A stretch of 64,000 bases of DNA, taken from Yuukianura sp. NJ FZ-2021. Its lineage: Eukaryota. The stretch covers positions 6,448,001 to 6,512,000 of the forward strand of contig CM102289.1 of NCBI GenBank assembly GCA_046563655.1, read 5' to 3'. The position numbers and the translations under genes are program-made. Shown piece by piece: positions 1-11,856 of the stretch (positions are counted from its first letter, which is position 1; each line of letters starts with the position of its first letter). The notes under the pieces were generated by a model that did not search any database, was not told the origin of the DNA, and saw nothing but the letters and a program-made list of their open reading frames with translations.

Positions 1-1029
1 CAGCTCCATGTTCTCGAAATCAAGGCAAGGAGTGGCGGGAAAATGATAGTTCCGCATCCCGTGCCCATCATTGCCAGACCGTTGGCCAGCGGGAGCCACT
101 TGTCAAAGTACATTCCAAGGATAATCACGGAAGGCTGAAACATCATACCAAAACCTAAGCCACTGATCCCACCGAAACATGCTACGGTGGCCCAAATATT
201 CGGTTTCCCTCGTGAAGCGAGCCATGACAGAAATATTCCGAGTGAAGCTAAAAGCGATCCGGAAACTGCAACTTTTCTAAATCCAAACTTGTCCACTAGT
301 ACAGAAATGAATGGCCCTAAAAATTTAAAAATAAACTAAAACCAAACTTTGTTCAATTTCAAAACAGAAAGTTTTTTTCATTGGCTCACCAGCTACCAGC
401 GTCACGCAAAATAAAACAGAGGAAATGAGACCGTACATTGCCACTGTAATTTCGTATACCGGAGCTGGAACAACACAAATTGAAATCAATTACAAAGTCA
501 ATTTTTAAAATTTTTGTTGTTGTTTTTTAAAAACAAATCTTAAAAACAAATCAAATTAAAAATAAATGAGTGTTTTACCTGCTGGAGTGCAATTTCCTCG
601 GCAAGGACTTGTCGTGTTGACAATTCCGCTTGCCTTTCTGATATCCTCCATCAATGCACTTTGACTTACACTAATTCCATCCAAAACGAAATTTGAAAGA
701 AACGCGGCAAAAACAATGACCCAACCGTAGCCTCCATCCTGAATTTCACAATGTAAAATGCGTTAAACCACTTTTGCTTAACTTTTTGTAGTCCTTACTG
801 GAGCATTTGTCAACAATTTTTCTTTTTTGTGAATCAGTGGTTCCTCTTCCGAATCTTCATCGTCCGCCGAAAGTGCGGGAACGATTTCATCGCTCGTGAT
901 TGTCGTAAAACTGCTTGAGGCAGGTTGTCTTATGGGTGGTCGTGGCGGTAGAGCACTACTCGGCATCGGACCTCCCTCTTCTTCAATTACTGGAAACGCG
1001 TCACCAGGCGGAACTGACAAATGCTTCAT
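1..1029 (-). CDS. Monocarboxylate transporter (SLC16/MCT family, MFS), 5' part; runs off the window start
   Basis: Splicing exon 1029-799 to an acceptor before 738 gives the MCT N-terminal signature P|DGGYGWVIVFAAFLSNFVLDG. Later exons encode AGPFISVLVDKFGFRKVA, FGGISGLGFGMMFQPSVIILGMYFDKWLPLANGLAMMGTGCG. Introns are GT-AG. Confidence 0.9.
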
Positions 1030-1292
1030 TTTTTGTTAAAAAACTATATAAACTGCACCAAAATAATTTTTATCGCCCAAAACCAGCAAGCGTTTGTTGA
1101 CCTCAAGGCTGAGGCGTAGTAAAATATCAAGAAAACCAAGTGAAATAAACTTGGATTGATTAAGATGTTTCAGTGAAGACTTTTTGTCAAGAAGTATTTT
1201 TGAAGATGTTCGTTTCAAAATAGCTGATGATTGCAAAGAGTGATGATTTGGAGTGCAGATAGCCCCTTGGACTCATTTTGTGTATATGTCTC

Positions 1293-1445
1293 TGACCCCT
1301 GACCTAGAGACAAGGCCTTGGAGTTTGGATGCCTACATAGATAGGATGACCTATAAAAGGATTTATCACACGCTCCCAATCTTACATGAACTGGTAAATA
1401 GCGGCGTGTTTAGGTGAACTATTTGTGCCATTTTCAACGTGACCT
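1293..1445. promoter_or_regulatory. Cluster of nuclear-receptor-like elements upstream of the MCT gene
   Basis: TGACCC-C-TGACCT (DR1 geometry) at 1293-1305, palindromic CAAGGCCTTG at 1311-1320, and further TGACCT half-sites at 1347 and 1440. Confidence 0.35.
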
Positions 1446-2000
1446 TTAACTACGTCTAAATTTGCTGTGTCACATGCCAACGTGTTGAAATGGTACTTAA
1501 CACGTGAATTGTTATATGTATGTAATAAGTTGTCGGAAGTTCCCACTCGTTCCTATGATATCATTTTAACTTTTTCCAAAAAGCCTAGATTCTCAATCAA
1601 CGCATCGTACAAAGCGAAGTTGCACAAAATTCGGTTTTTAAGCCCAAGGTGTAACTCCCGAGAAAGCGAGTGCAACTGCGATTTTGAAACCACCGATAAT
1701 TACAGAAGTGCTTAGAAATAACAATCCTGGAATTGAATCTGCAACAATTCTGCACAATTGTAACAATGTGAAGTGTTAAATGTTTATTAGCAAATGTTTA
1801 GAAGCTCAAAGTCGTACCTATAATGTTTTTGCACATACTAGCCAGCTACGGCAATTTTTTTTACCTATAGTTTGACAAAATCTGCACATTGCATTATTAC
1901 GTATTTCATATTAACGTTTAAACTGAACGCATTTTATATAAGCAACAACCTTGTTTTTTTGTAATTTGTAATTTAGCAGGTTTGCTCATGTGCTACAATT

Positions 2001-4189
2001 TCAAACAAGATTTCCAACTGGTTGTTTACCGGTTTCATCTTCGTCTGGATTGTCGTGGTTCATTGCTTTGTTTTCTCTACCTACGACATTGACAGGCCGT
2101 TGAGTTCGCAAAATTTCTTGCATTTTTGGACTTTGAAAAGTCGGTGGTACATTGTGTACTTGGCGCTTTTTCGCTTCATTTTGTTTTGCCGAATGAAATT
2201 TATTTCGTGTTTGAATTTTGAGTAGCAGCCAAGTTATAATTTTGAATACCAAAAAAATTGCAAGCAATATGATCATCCACTTTGTGTAGTCAATGTTTGC
2301 GTAATCATAAAATTCAAGAACGTCGTTTCCAGAAAAGCTGCAAGTTTCAGTTCCATTTTTGCTTGGAATGATACATGCGCATTGCCCACTTTTTTCATCT
2401 TTACAAGAAAACGTAAGTCCTTCCATTTCATTTGTAACTAGAATTTCATAAACGTATTTCAGAAAATCAATTTGGTGGAAAGTGTAACGCCAAAAACCGG
2501 GAATATTTTTCTTTTGTACAACATAACCTTCAACGACCATCCAAAGTCCATTTGTAAATGCGCACACTGCAAGAGCAGCAACAAAAATTGGAATTGCAAC
2601 TGAAATCAAAACTGTTTGGGCTTCAGCAACCATCAGCGATATAAACAGAAGGCTTGCAAAAGTGCAAAATTTTTCTGTCGTTTCTTGTAGGCCCATAGTG
2701 AAATACGCTACACCTGAAAATGTCATTGTGATAATGAATATAAACGGAATTGAAACAATTAAATTCGAAATCACGTAAGATTCAACTCCGTAGAGTCCAT
2801 TTGCCCTTTCGCGCATAAAAACAAGCCGTTCTTCCAGAAAACCGGGAATTCCCGCCACGGACATAAAAGTCATAAAGCTAACTCCAAAGAACAGAGCGCT
2901 TAGTCGATCATTGACAGTAGTTTGACCTGTACCCATTCGAAACCATGTAGTACCCATGAGAATTCCAAGTGCAATGTACATTGCAACACGGATCCAATAG
3001 GCCAATGGATTCTTGAAAGCGTTAACAAAAGTCCGGGATGTCAGAATTGTCGTTTGGCGTAAAAATCCATTTCCACGTTGAAGAGGTTTAGGTTTTCCTC
3101 CGTAAGGCGGGAAGTTATGATTTTCTAAAACTTCAGCCAAAATGAACTTGTGTTCATCTGATCGTTCAAAAGCGCTAATCAGCGTCTGAATACGTTTGTG
3201 GCCTTCTTTTGGATCAGAATCAAAGTCGACTGAAATCAATTTTAAGTAAACGTCGGCTGGATTGGCGTGAACTGGAACTGGAAATCCAATAAATTCAAAA
3301 TATGGAATTGCCTCTTCACGGTCACCGTAGTAAATTGTTTTCCCTTTAGATAGAAGAAGAATGTGTGTGAAAAGTTCGAAAGTCGTTGAACTCGGTTGAT
3401 GAATTGTTGTGAGGACGGTAATGTTGTGCTTTTTTGCCAAAGTACATAAGCTGGAAATCATAGCTTCCGCTGCAACCGAGTCCAGTCCCGATGTGGGTTC
3501 ATCTAAAAGTCAAGAAAGGAAACGGTGAAAGCATCTCTAAGATTCTCAAAAAAATTTCAAATTAAAAATTTAAAAAGAGCCAAAAAATGTCGGAAAATGT
3601 TGATTTCTTTACCGAGAAATAAAATTCCAGTTTCAAGTCCAACGACCTGCGACGCAACCGAAACGCGTCGAACTTCTCCGCCCGAACATCCTCTGCGTAG
3701 CGGTGACCCAATAATCGTGTTCTTGACTTTGACCAATCCAAATTCGTTCAGAAGATTTTTAACAATTGCAAGTTTGTTTGCCTTGGGCGTATTGCTAGGC
3801 AAATTGAAATCCGCGGCGTACATCAGCGTTTCAAATACCGTAAGACTTCCAAAAAGAGCATCCTCTTGCTGGCAGTACCGCGAAACATGTTTCACTGGTA
3901 TCTCCGTCGCGCCATTAATTTGAATTGTTCCTGTAACATGCCTTGGATCAACTCTTCCCGCCAAAACGTTTAGGAATGACGTTTTGCCTGATCCGGAAGG
4001 TCCGAGAATTCCTACGATGAATCCCGGATAAGCAATACCGTTGAGGCCACCAAGAATTTCTTTGTCGTAACCTGCAGAATCTGGGACTTCGTAGCTCAAA
4101 TTTGTCCAGGAAATGTTGTAGGCAGCAATTGCAGGATCTCGAGGCAGAGTTGCGAGATTTTCTGTGTCGAGTCCATTGTAGTTCTCCAT
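2001..4189 (-). CDS. ABCG half-transporter (NBD-TMD), ~692 aa, two coding exons (4189-3613, 3502-2001)
   Basis: Walker A GPSGSGKT, Q-loop YCQQED, signature CSGGEVRRVSVA, Walker B ILFL|DEPTSGLD split by a 110-nt GT-AG intron, H-loop TIHQP, and an ABC2-type membrane domain with FLEERLVFMRERANGLY. Confidence 0.95.
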
Positions 4190-4754
4190 TGTGTACACAA
4201 CTACGATTGTTTCTCTGGTGGATTCCTGAAGTAAACAAGCTCTGAAATTGTAAAGGGTGCCAACTTATTGTTAATTTAGTACAGGTACCAAGAAACTAAT
4301 TAATTCTGAAATAAAAACTAGAGTTCCAGGGACATCAAGTTCTGGTCGATAAAGATTGCAATGCTAACCACATCCACGACTCATCTTTTACAGCAAATTC
4401 AATTCACCAAAAAAAAACTCGTTTTTGAAAGAAAAAATTAGGAAACCAAACAGATATAGAATGTTGATTATTGGTGTCTAACCTTCAAATTTTAAGTGAC
4501 TATCAAAATTTCTTTGTTTTGCACAAAACAGTTCACAAAATAGGCACCTTTTAAGTTATATGACAAGTATTTCCAAATTTTTTCCTAAAAAATCAAACAT
4601 GATACATTTTCAGTTGCATAGTTGATTTTCTGGACACAGTTTAACATTTTATTATATTCCCTCCTTTATTGGAAGGATCGCCATTTAGCTTATTTACATA
4701 CATTTTTTTAAATATAGTTAAAATGAATTTTAAAATTTCAAAAAACCAAATTTT

Positions 4755-7700
4755 TCAAAGGTCATCCACGTAGTCCGAGTCGACATTCGAACTTGAACTG
4801 ATGTACCCTGAGCAATCTGACGACCTATGACTTCCGCCGAATCTACACTCCTGCCTTACATGTAAATCTTCTGCCACGATTTGATCTGTCAATAGATGAC
4901 GCTCGTTCGTCCAAACCGTATTCAAGATTTGGTCCATTACACTTCCCTGCAAAGTTTCTGATTGGATGCGCTTGATACTTTTTGGTTTGAAGTTAGTTTT
5001 TCGAACGTCAAAAATTCGCGCTGATTTTATATGGGGATTCGCAGTGTTATGAAGAAATGCATTAGCTTCATAAGGCATTAGGAACCAGCGCAGTTTCTCA
5101 GCTTCTGGCGGAATGGCACTGTGACCTGCATCACTCAGGTCAAGCGGTTTCGTTCTTCTGATGATATCTGCTGCAACATTTAGGCATTCCTGAAGTGATG
5201 GAGGTGTGACATGTTTTGAGTCTGAAGTTTCAAAAGTCAAGCCATGTCCGTCAAAATTGCAATTGCTCAGTGACTTCGCTGGCGAAATCTACAAAAGTTA
5301 CGTCCAAATCTACAAGATCTACCAAGAAATTTTTGAATTTTTTAAATTTTGACTACTAACAGTAGATGCTCCTGTAAAAGTGAATGAAGCTGATTTGACA
5401 TTGCACGTGTAGAATGGCAAAAGTTTCCATCCATGAGTCGCTATAACGGCGACTGCTTCAATCGTGTAGTCAACTTCATCAAAGCTAGCATGATATGGAA
5501 ATGACAGGCGCGTAAATCCGGGTTTAAATATCATCAACCCATCTCGGTTGTCGGCACAAGGCACCCTTTAATTCAAAATTATGAAAAAGTGAAGTAATTT
5601 CCAAAACTAGTCTAATAACCGGTAAAAAAAAGTAGTTTGTTAATTACCTTGATTTTGCAAAAATTGTTTCATAATCCAGTGCCAATTGGTCATTAACTCG
5701 AAGCAGAATTTGGGCATACGGACCTGCACACATACAACCTCCTCGAGTTTGAATTCCAAATAAGTCATTCAAGACAGACGCCACAAAGTTGTGATGTAAG
5801 TAGTAGCCCTAGAAAATTTTTTTGTAACAATTCTTGGAAATTTCTTGAATTCTTGGAAAAAAACCAACTACCTGGAACTGGTAATACTTCAAATTTTTTT
5901 TAGACTTACACTTTCAGGATGCTCAATCATAAACGAGACAATTGGAACACGAGGATTATTCGTATCTCCCAAAATAACTAAATTTGGAATATTTTCCCAG
6001 GCTCGAAATGCTCTCCTATAATTAAAAATTTGATTTACTTTATGTTAATTTTTATGTAAAAATGTTAACTTCAGAACACTTACTTTACAAAATTAGCTTC
6101 TCGCGCTACAATCGTTTCCTCTCCGATGGACATTTTTAGCTTCATTACCAAACCAAGCCGAATATTTTCCACAATACTTGGAGTTCCGCCTTCTTCTCTT
6201 TCTACAATGTCCTAAATGTTAAAATCATTTTAAAAATATTTTTTTGATTGCTAAAAAACCAAAATTTCTACACGTGTCAAATATTTTTTTTACATTGACG
6301 TAGTGATGTACGTGACTTGTCACAAGATCTACGGTTCCACCACCTTGGCCATGGGGAACAGCGTTTTTGAAAACCTGTTTCTTCGCAATTAGAACACCTA
6401 ATTGATCAAGTTTATTTGAAAAATTAGTTTCAAATTCAAATTTTATGTAACAAACAGCTTCTGTGGAAATTTTACCCGTCGTTTGTGGACCGCCCATGAA
6501 CTTGTGTCCTGAAAAGTAGATAGCGTCCTTTTCCGCCATTTTTGTTAGCGTCGAGTTTTTCAATTTTGGATTCATGCTGATCTTGACATGCGGAGCTGCC
6601 GCAGCATAGTCAAAGAAAGCCAATCCATTATATTTGTGCATCAAAATTGTAAGCGCGACATCATCCGACACGATTCCAGTGACATTGGAAGTGGCGGAAA
6701 AGCAGCCAATCAGATTTGCAAAAGCGCGACTTTTAAAAAATTTTCGCGTTTCTTTCAATTTTGATTCCAGAAATTTTATGTCCACTTGTCCATATTTGTT
6801 GACTGGAACGTTCACGATCTGATAAACAGATTTGAATAGTTATAAACTTGTATACCGATATAAAAATTTGATAACAATTTCGCGCCTAGAATTCACAAAA
6901 AAAAACCTTGGCTCCGGCTTCTCTCCACGGTAGAATGTTGGAATGATGTTCAAATGGACCCACAAAAACAATTGTTCTAGTACTGGAATTGATGTCATTG
7001 CACATGACATGGTGAATTAGTTTGTGAACGCAACTTGTAGTTCCCGATCCATGAAAAATTACGACGTCGTCACTTCCAGCTCCAGTTGCCTTGCGCACAT
7101 ACTCCCTTGCCTCCTCTCTGCCAAATTTAATTTCTTTTTTTGAATTTTCTCAAAAGTCAAAATTGTGAAAAAAAAAGTTTTATGTAGTATTTTCATACCT
7201 ATACTTTGTAGTTTGAACGGAAGTGAAGGAAGAGACAGTGTGAGTGTTGGCGTAGTACGGAAGCACATTTTTTTGAATGAAGTCTTCGATACATTTAATC
7301 GACTTTCCTGATGCAGTATGATCAAGGTAAATCACTGTAGCCAAAGCGGAAATTTTAAATTAGAAATTGGCAAATTCTGAAAAATCAAAATGAATTTTAG
7401 CTTACACCGACGAAGGCCGAACGGTCCGTCGTAAACTGCATCTTTTCCAATCACCGTTCTGTCCACCATATTCACAATTTCAGCAGAAGCAGAAATAGTT
7501 TCTTGCAATGCTGACGTGGACGCTGAAAACTTAGACCAGCTTTGTTTTTTAGGCAAGCTTTGATTCGGCGTTTCAAGAAATTTTGAACAACCGGGTTGGG
7601 AAACTTTGTTGTCACGGCTGTCCACACCGGAATCATTCGGAACAGTTATCCTGAATGGCGTAGGTACAGCTAGATAGTTGTCGTCTTGATTGAGATACAA

Positions 7701-7793
7701 CTTAACGTTGTCCTTTGGAGACACATTGAGAACGTTTATAGAAATTGTAATGTCGTTGCACGATATTGATTTTTGCCTGCTCAAGGGATCCAT
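4755..7793 (-). CDS. Class V PLP-dependent aminotransferase / probable cysteine desulfurase (SufS-like), multi-exon
   Basis: Exons encode VIGKDAVYDGPFG, YLDHTASG, YANTHT, VIFHGSGTT, GPFEHHSNILPWRE, FSATSNVTG, FDYAAAAPH, the PLP-lysine motif SGHKFMGGP, EEGGTP, the cysteine loop RGGCMCAGPY, and KPGFTRLSF. Confidence 0.9.
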
Positions 7794-8621
7794 TTTTCGG
7801 GATGTCAATCGTATGCAGGGTTTTCAAATTTCGAATTTTAGGATTTGCAAATAACAATTCGTCAGCTTGTAACTTTACAACTCAACAGAGCGCAGGGATT
7901 GACCCAACAAGTGTTGTCAAACTGGTTAGTTTGGTCACTAATGCCAAATGGATTTCCTTCCTCGACAATTTATACCTTCCTGCAGAAACTAATGCGGTGC
8001 AAATTCACCTGTACTAATGAAAAAAACAAGCAAACTTGGAAGTATTACACTAAATGAAATGATGCTATATGATTTTGGGTGGACTTTTATTTGAAATAGG
8101 TTGGTGATCTTTATTGTTCCAATTATGGAAGAGAAATGACTCGACTTGCCAGTTCAAGATTCAGACAGGAATAGAGAGATTAAGGACAGTTTTAGTCTTA
8201 CGCCACAAAAATAGACCCTTCAAGGGACCTTTATGCAACCAATCCAATCTAACGGAAGGGGAATTCTGTCTTTCCGAGAAGGGAGTCTAACAGTAAACAG
8301 GGAACAACGCCGAGTTTAACACGTAGACTGCATTTATTGACAGTTTTTTTTAGTGTCGGAAAGTGTAGTCTGATGTTTGTGACATGACGCACGTGGGCTC
8401 ACATTCTCAGCAACTTTACAGCTAATCAAATACCAAATTCACTGCGCACACTCAAAGTTGCTCAAAATAAATGGCACAGTTTACAACATTTTAAGTAATT
8501 TGCAATGAATCAAAACAATCTTGCATTTTAACGTCTATAGAGGTGTGTTTTATTTATTAGTATTTTGCGATCAAATATGAAACCATATACGACATTTTGA
8601 GAACATACACGTGTAGAGTAG

Positions 8622-8955
8622 AATTAAAGCGAAACTTGTAACTCAACCAAAGAGAATCAAGCATACCCAAATCTTACGTAAACCCTTAGCTTTAATAACT
8701 ACAGTCCAGTTAATAACCTAAAATAGCACCTTCGGCGCGGAAACGTACAAATGAATTTACTGAGTGAAACCATGCAGAAGGTTACTACTTCGTTGTTCTA
8801 TACTGTTTCATTCAGCAAATACATTTAATATTCTTCCGCGCCAAAGGCGCGTTATCGGTGTTGAGTTATTAACTGGACAATAGTGACTACATGGTATAGT
8901 TTAGCTTAGGTTGTGTCTGTATCTCTTTCCCTGAGTTACAGCTTTCGTTGTAATT
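8622..8955. repeat. ~335-bp imperfect palindrome (fold-back / MITE-like)
   Basis: Nested complementary blocks: cgaaacttgtaactca with tgagttacagctttcg, gtccagttaataac with gttattaactggac, ccttcggcgcggaa with ttccgcgccaaagg, aaatgaatttactgagtgaaac with gtttcattcagcaaatacattt. Confidence 0.85.
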
Positions 8956-9747
8956 TGCTTCGGGGTAAATCAACTTTCCTTGTACTAAATGGTTTCGGGG
9001 AAATTCATTTGGAGAAATTCGCTTCATCGAAAGTCATTTGATAAAATGCTCACCTTGTCTTTTTGCATAATGGTATTTACCAATGATTGAAATTTTAGGG
9101 CACTTTATGAATAGTACTTTTGGTATTATTTGATACTGACAAGTCAGAAAACATGTGTGAATTTAAATTTGTTCATTGGAAATGAACAAAATATATTAAT
9201 TTTTGATTTCTACATACTCTCAGCGTTCTCTAAAATTGAGACCTGGACTTTCCAACTGCGTTATTTTGTTTAACAATTTTAAGTTTAAAAAATGCATTGC
9301 AAACGAACAGAAAATATTATTGTTTTTGACACCTACGTGACTCCTCTTTCAACACCTCTGATGATTGATGACGACTATGATGATTGATTACGTTAATGTG
9401 ACGTGCAAATACATTTTTGAGAAAGGGAAAACCAAATTTGAAGTTAAAAAAAGGATTTCGGAGGGAACAAAAAATTTCAATTTGCTGCAGAATTATCTTT
9501 TATTCCGCAGGTTTACAATAATTACTGAAATTATATTGCAGTTTATTTTTTGACGTCAACTTTAAATCTTAATTAGTTTGTTTTGCATTAAAATTTTATA
9601 GGTTTAGAGTTGCAGAACTTCACTTTCAGATTTAAATGGTAAACAAATATTCTTCATCCTCTAAAAAAGAAAAGAAAAAGCATTCAATAATTTTTTAAAA
9701 GAAAAAAAAACAGGACGAGTTTTATTACAATTTGGATTTTAAAAATG

Positions 9748-10037
9748 CTACCTTCCAACAGCTATTTCATCTCCCAAACCACATTCATTTGGCACTTGGT
9801 TACACTCTGTGTAGGCATCATCGCAAGTACAAAAGAAGGAACCTTTGCAAAATTTAGGTCCCCTGGAACACTTTCCTAAAGTTTAAAACAAGTTTTTATA
9901 AACGATTATATTCCAATTCCTTCTTTTTGCATTCTTAGAAATATCTAACCTGTTCTATCCCAACTAATTGAACTACTTGCAAAGTGGATGCTGATTAACA
10001 CCAGCACTAAAGTAGCGAGAAGGAGATTGAACTTCAT
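9748..10037 (-). CDS. Small secreted six-cysteine peptide, 71 aa, two exons (10037-9950, 9875-9748)
   Basis: MKFNLLLATLVLVLISIHFASSSISWDRTG|KCSRGPKFCKGSFFCTCDDAYTECNQVPNECGLGDEIAVGR*. Has a hydrophobic signal peptide, a phase-1 74-nt GT-AG intron that joins the Cys-rich frame, and a TATA-like TATTTATA about 55 nt upstream. Confidence 0.8.
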
Positions 10038-11112
10038 AATTTCAGAAGTTTTTAACTTTTAAAATAAATTACAAAGGAGAGTCCGGTGCTATAAATAGTG
10101 TTTCTTTTAATTGTAACTAATTGTAACTTATTGATTCTGCTAATAATTTTCCTTATTTATCTCTAAGTAATTACATTTCCGATGTTTCAAATAATTTTAT
10201 TCTTGAGGGATGTGGTTTTAGCATGTAGTGCGTAATAACCAGGCGAATTTTTCCAAATTATAAATTGAAGTAAGTACATCGATGGGAACACATACAAATG
10301 AACAAACAGGTTCATGCTAACAATGAGTATTTACTTATGTTAACCTCATTACAGTCATCGCTATAATTAGTCGTTAAAATCGAAACACGGAAATAATTAA
10401 AACTATGTTTAAAATTGTAGTTGTCCCTTTCCAAAGTCTGTCTGTTTTATTTTTTTTTTTATTCAAAGAAATGAAGAACTGTAACAACCAAGAGTGAAAT
10501 GAAATTCAATTTTTTCAATTTTCAAAAAACTTTTTAACAAAATTGTAATGTTTCTAAAGTTTTTGATTTTGAAAGATTTTGCACGTAACTAGTTCTTCCA
10601 CTATGAAAAAAATTTTAAAAGTAAATAATAGGCAACTGTTACTTTTTTCATTCAAATATTAAATACAAAAGTATTAAAATGTTACACTTTTTTTCATCAA
10701 AATTTTTTCTTTCTTTTTTTTTCTTTTTTGCGCTAGCTGAAAAGCCTACCACTCGGATCCAATGGTTATCCATTTGTCCTTCAATTTTGTCCTTTGTCAA
10801 AACACATAAAATTATTAATCGTCTCCAAGTCCAAATTGTGCAACAAACAGATCATCTGCCCGTCAAATTTTTATTAGTCTCATTTTTAGTCATCTTAGGT
10901 TCCAAATTATGTCTATGTTGTGACACGATGTGTCAATGTTTTAGTTTTAGTGTAACTTGTGCAAGCCTCGCAGGACAACGAACTTGTGCTTTTATTATTA
11001 AGATAACTTTACGGCAAAACAAGAATCATCCAAGTGTCTGAAAATTTTAGCAAGACTTCTGTTTGATAAAACAAAAATAAAATTCATAGTCCAGACTTTC
11101 TCCAACTAAAAC

Positions 11113-11856
11113 ATGGATTTGGCAGTGAAAGTTGTCATCACACTTTTTCTAACATTACTAACAAAGTCTCCTGTGGTTATTACACGTGACCTTGAAAATA
11201 GGTCATTTGATGTCCTTCATGAACCATGCTGTACGCATTGCCGATGTATCGGTGACATTGCGATGGAAACAGAGGCAATCGAAGCAGTAATACGCCAACC
11301 CCGTTTTCTCCATTTTGCTAGTCGACTTTACTTGGACTTTTTATACCTTACGGACATTGATAGAGTCAATGACACCGAAGAAAAGCTCAGACATCGCTAC
11401 TGTGATCTCAAGGTTGAAACAAAAGTTCATAAGAAAATGAAATTGACAAGTCTCCGAACTGGGCGTGGAGAAATTTTTAGTTGCAAAAGACTGGATTTGA
11501 AAATTCACAAATCAAACTGTGCTGTGAAGAACTTCAAATCGATGAAGCCTAAAAACGAACCGAAAAATCTCATGAAGTTACAAATCCTGGGCAATGGGAA
11601 ATGGACGGCCCAAGTAGTTTGGGGCAGTGACACGACGCTACTACATACAACTTGTTTTGGTAAAGACGGATTCAGTGGTTGGGCAATCACATCAATCAAG
11701 CCTAAGTTAACCAGGGTGGAAAGAAGACTGATTTTTAGAAAGCTCAAGGAACTTGGATTTGACTTGTCAAGGTCACGCAGGGTCAACATTCGGAGAGCCT
11801 GCTTGAATAAAAGCAGAAAGCTTTATGCTCAGTTTGCCTACTTCAATTCAAAGTAA
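11113..11856 (+). CDS. Single-exon secreted basic protein, possibly lipocalin/calycin fold
   Basis: 247-aa ORF with an N-terminal hydrophobic segment and several Cys. The C-terminal C...GWAITSIKPKL...LKELGFD...C resembles the lipocalin SCR3 strand plus helix. Confidence 0.65.
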   Translation: MDLAVKVVITLFLTLLTKSPVVITRDLENRSFDVLHEPCCTHCRCIGDIAMETEAIEAVIRQPRFLHFASRLYLDFLYLTDIDRVNDTEEKLRHRYCDLKVETKVHKKMKLTSLRTGRGEIFSCKRLDLKIHKSNCAVKNFKSMKPKNEPKNLMKLQILGNGKWTAQVVWGSDTTLLHTTCFGKDGFSGWAITSIKPKLTRVERRLIFRKLKELGFDLSRSRRVNIRRACLNKSRKLYAQFAYFNSK

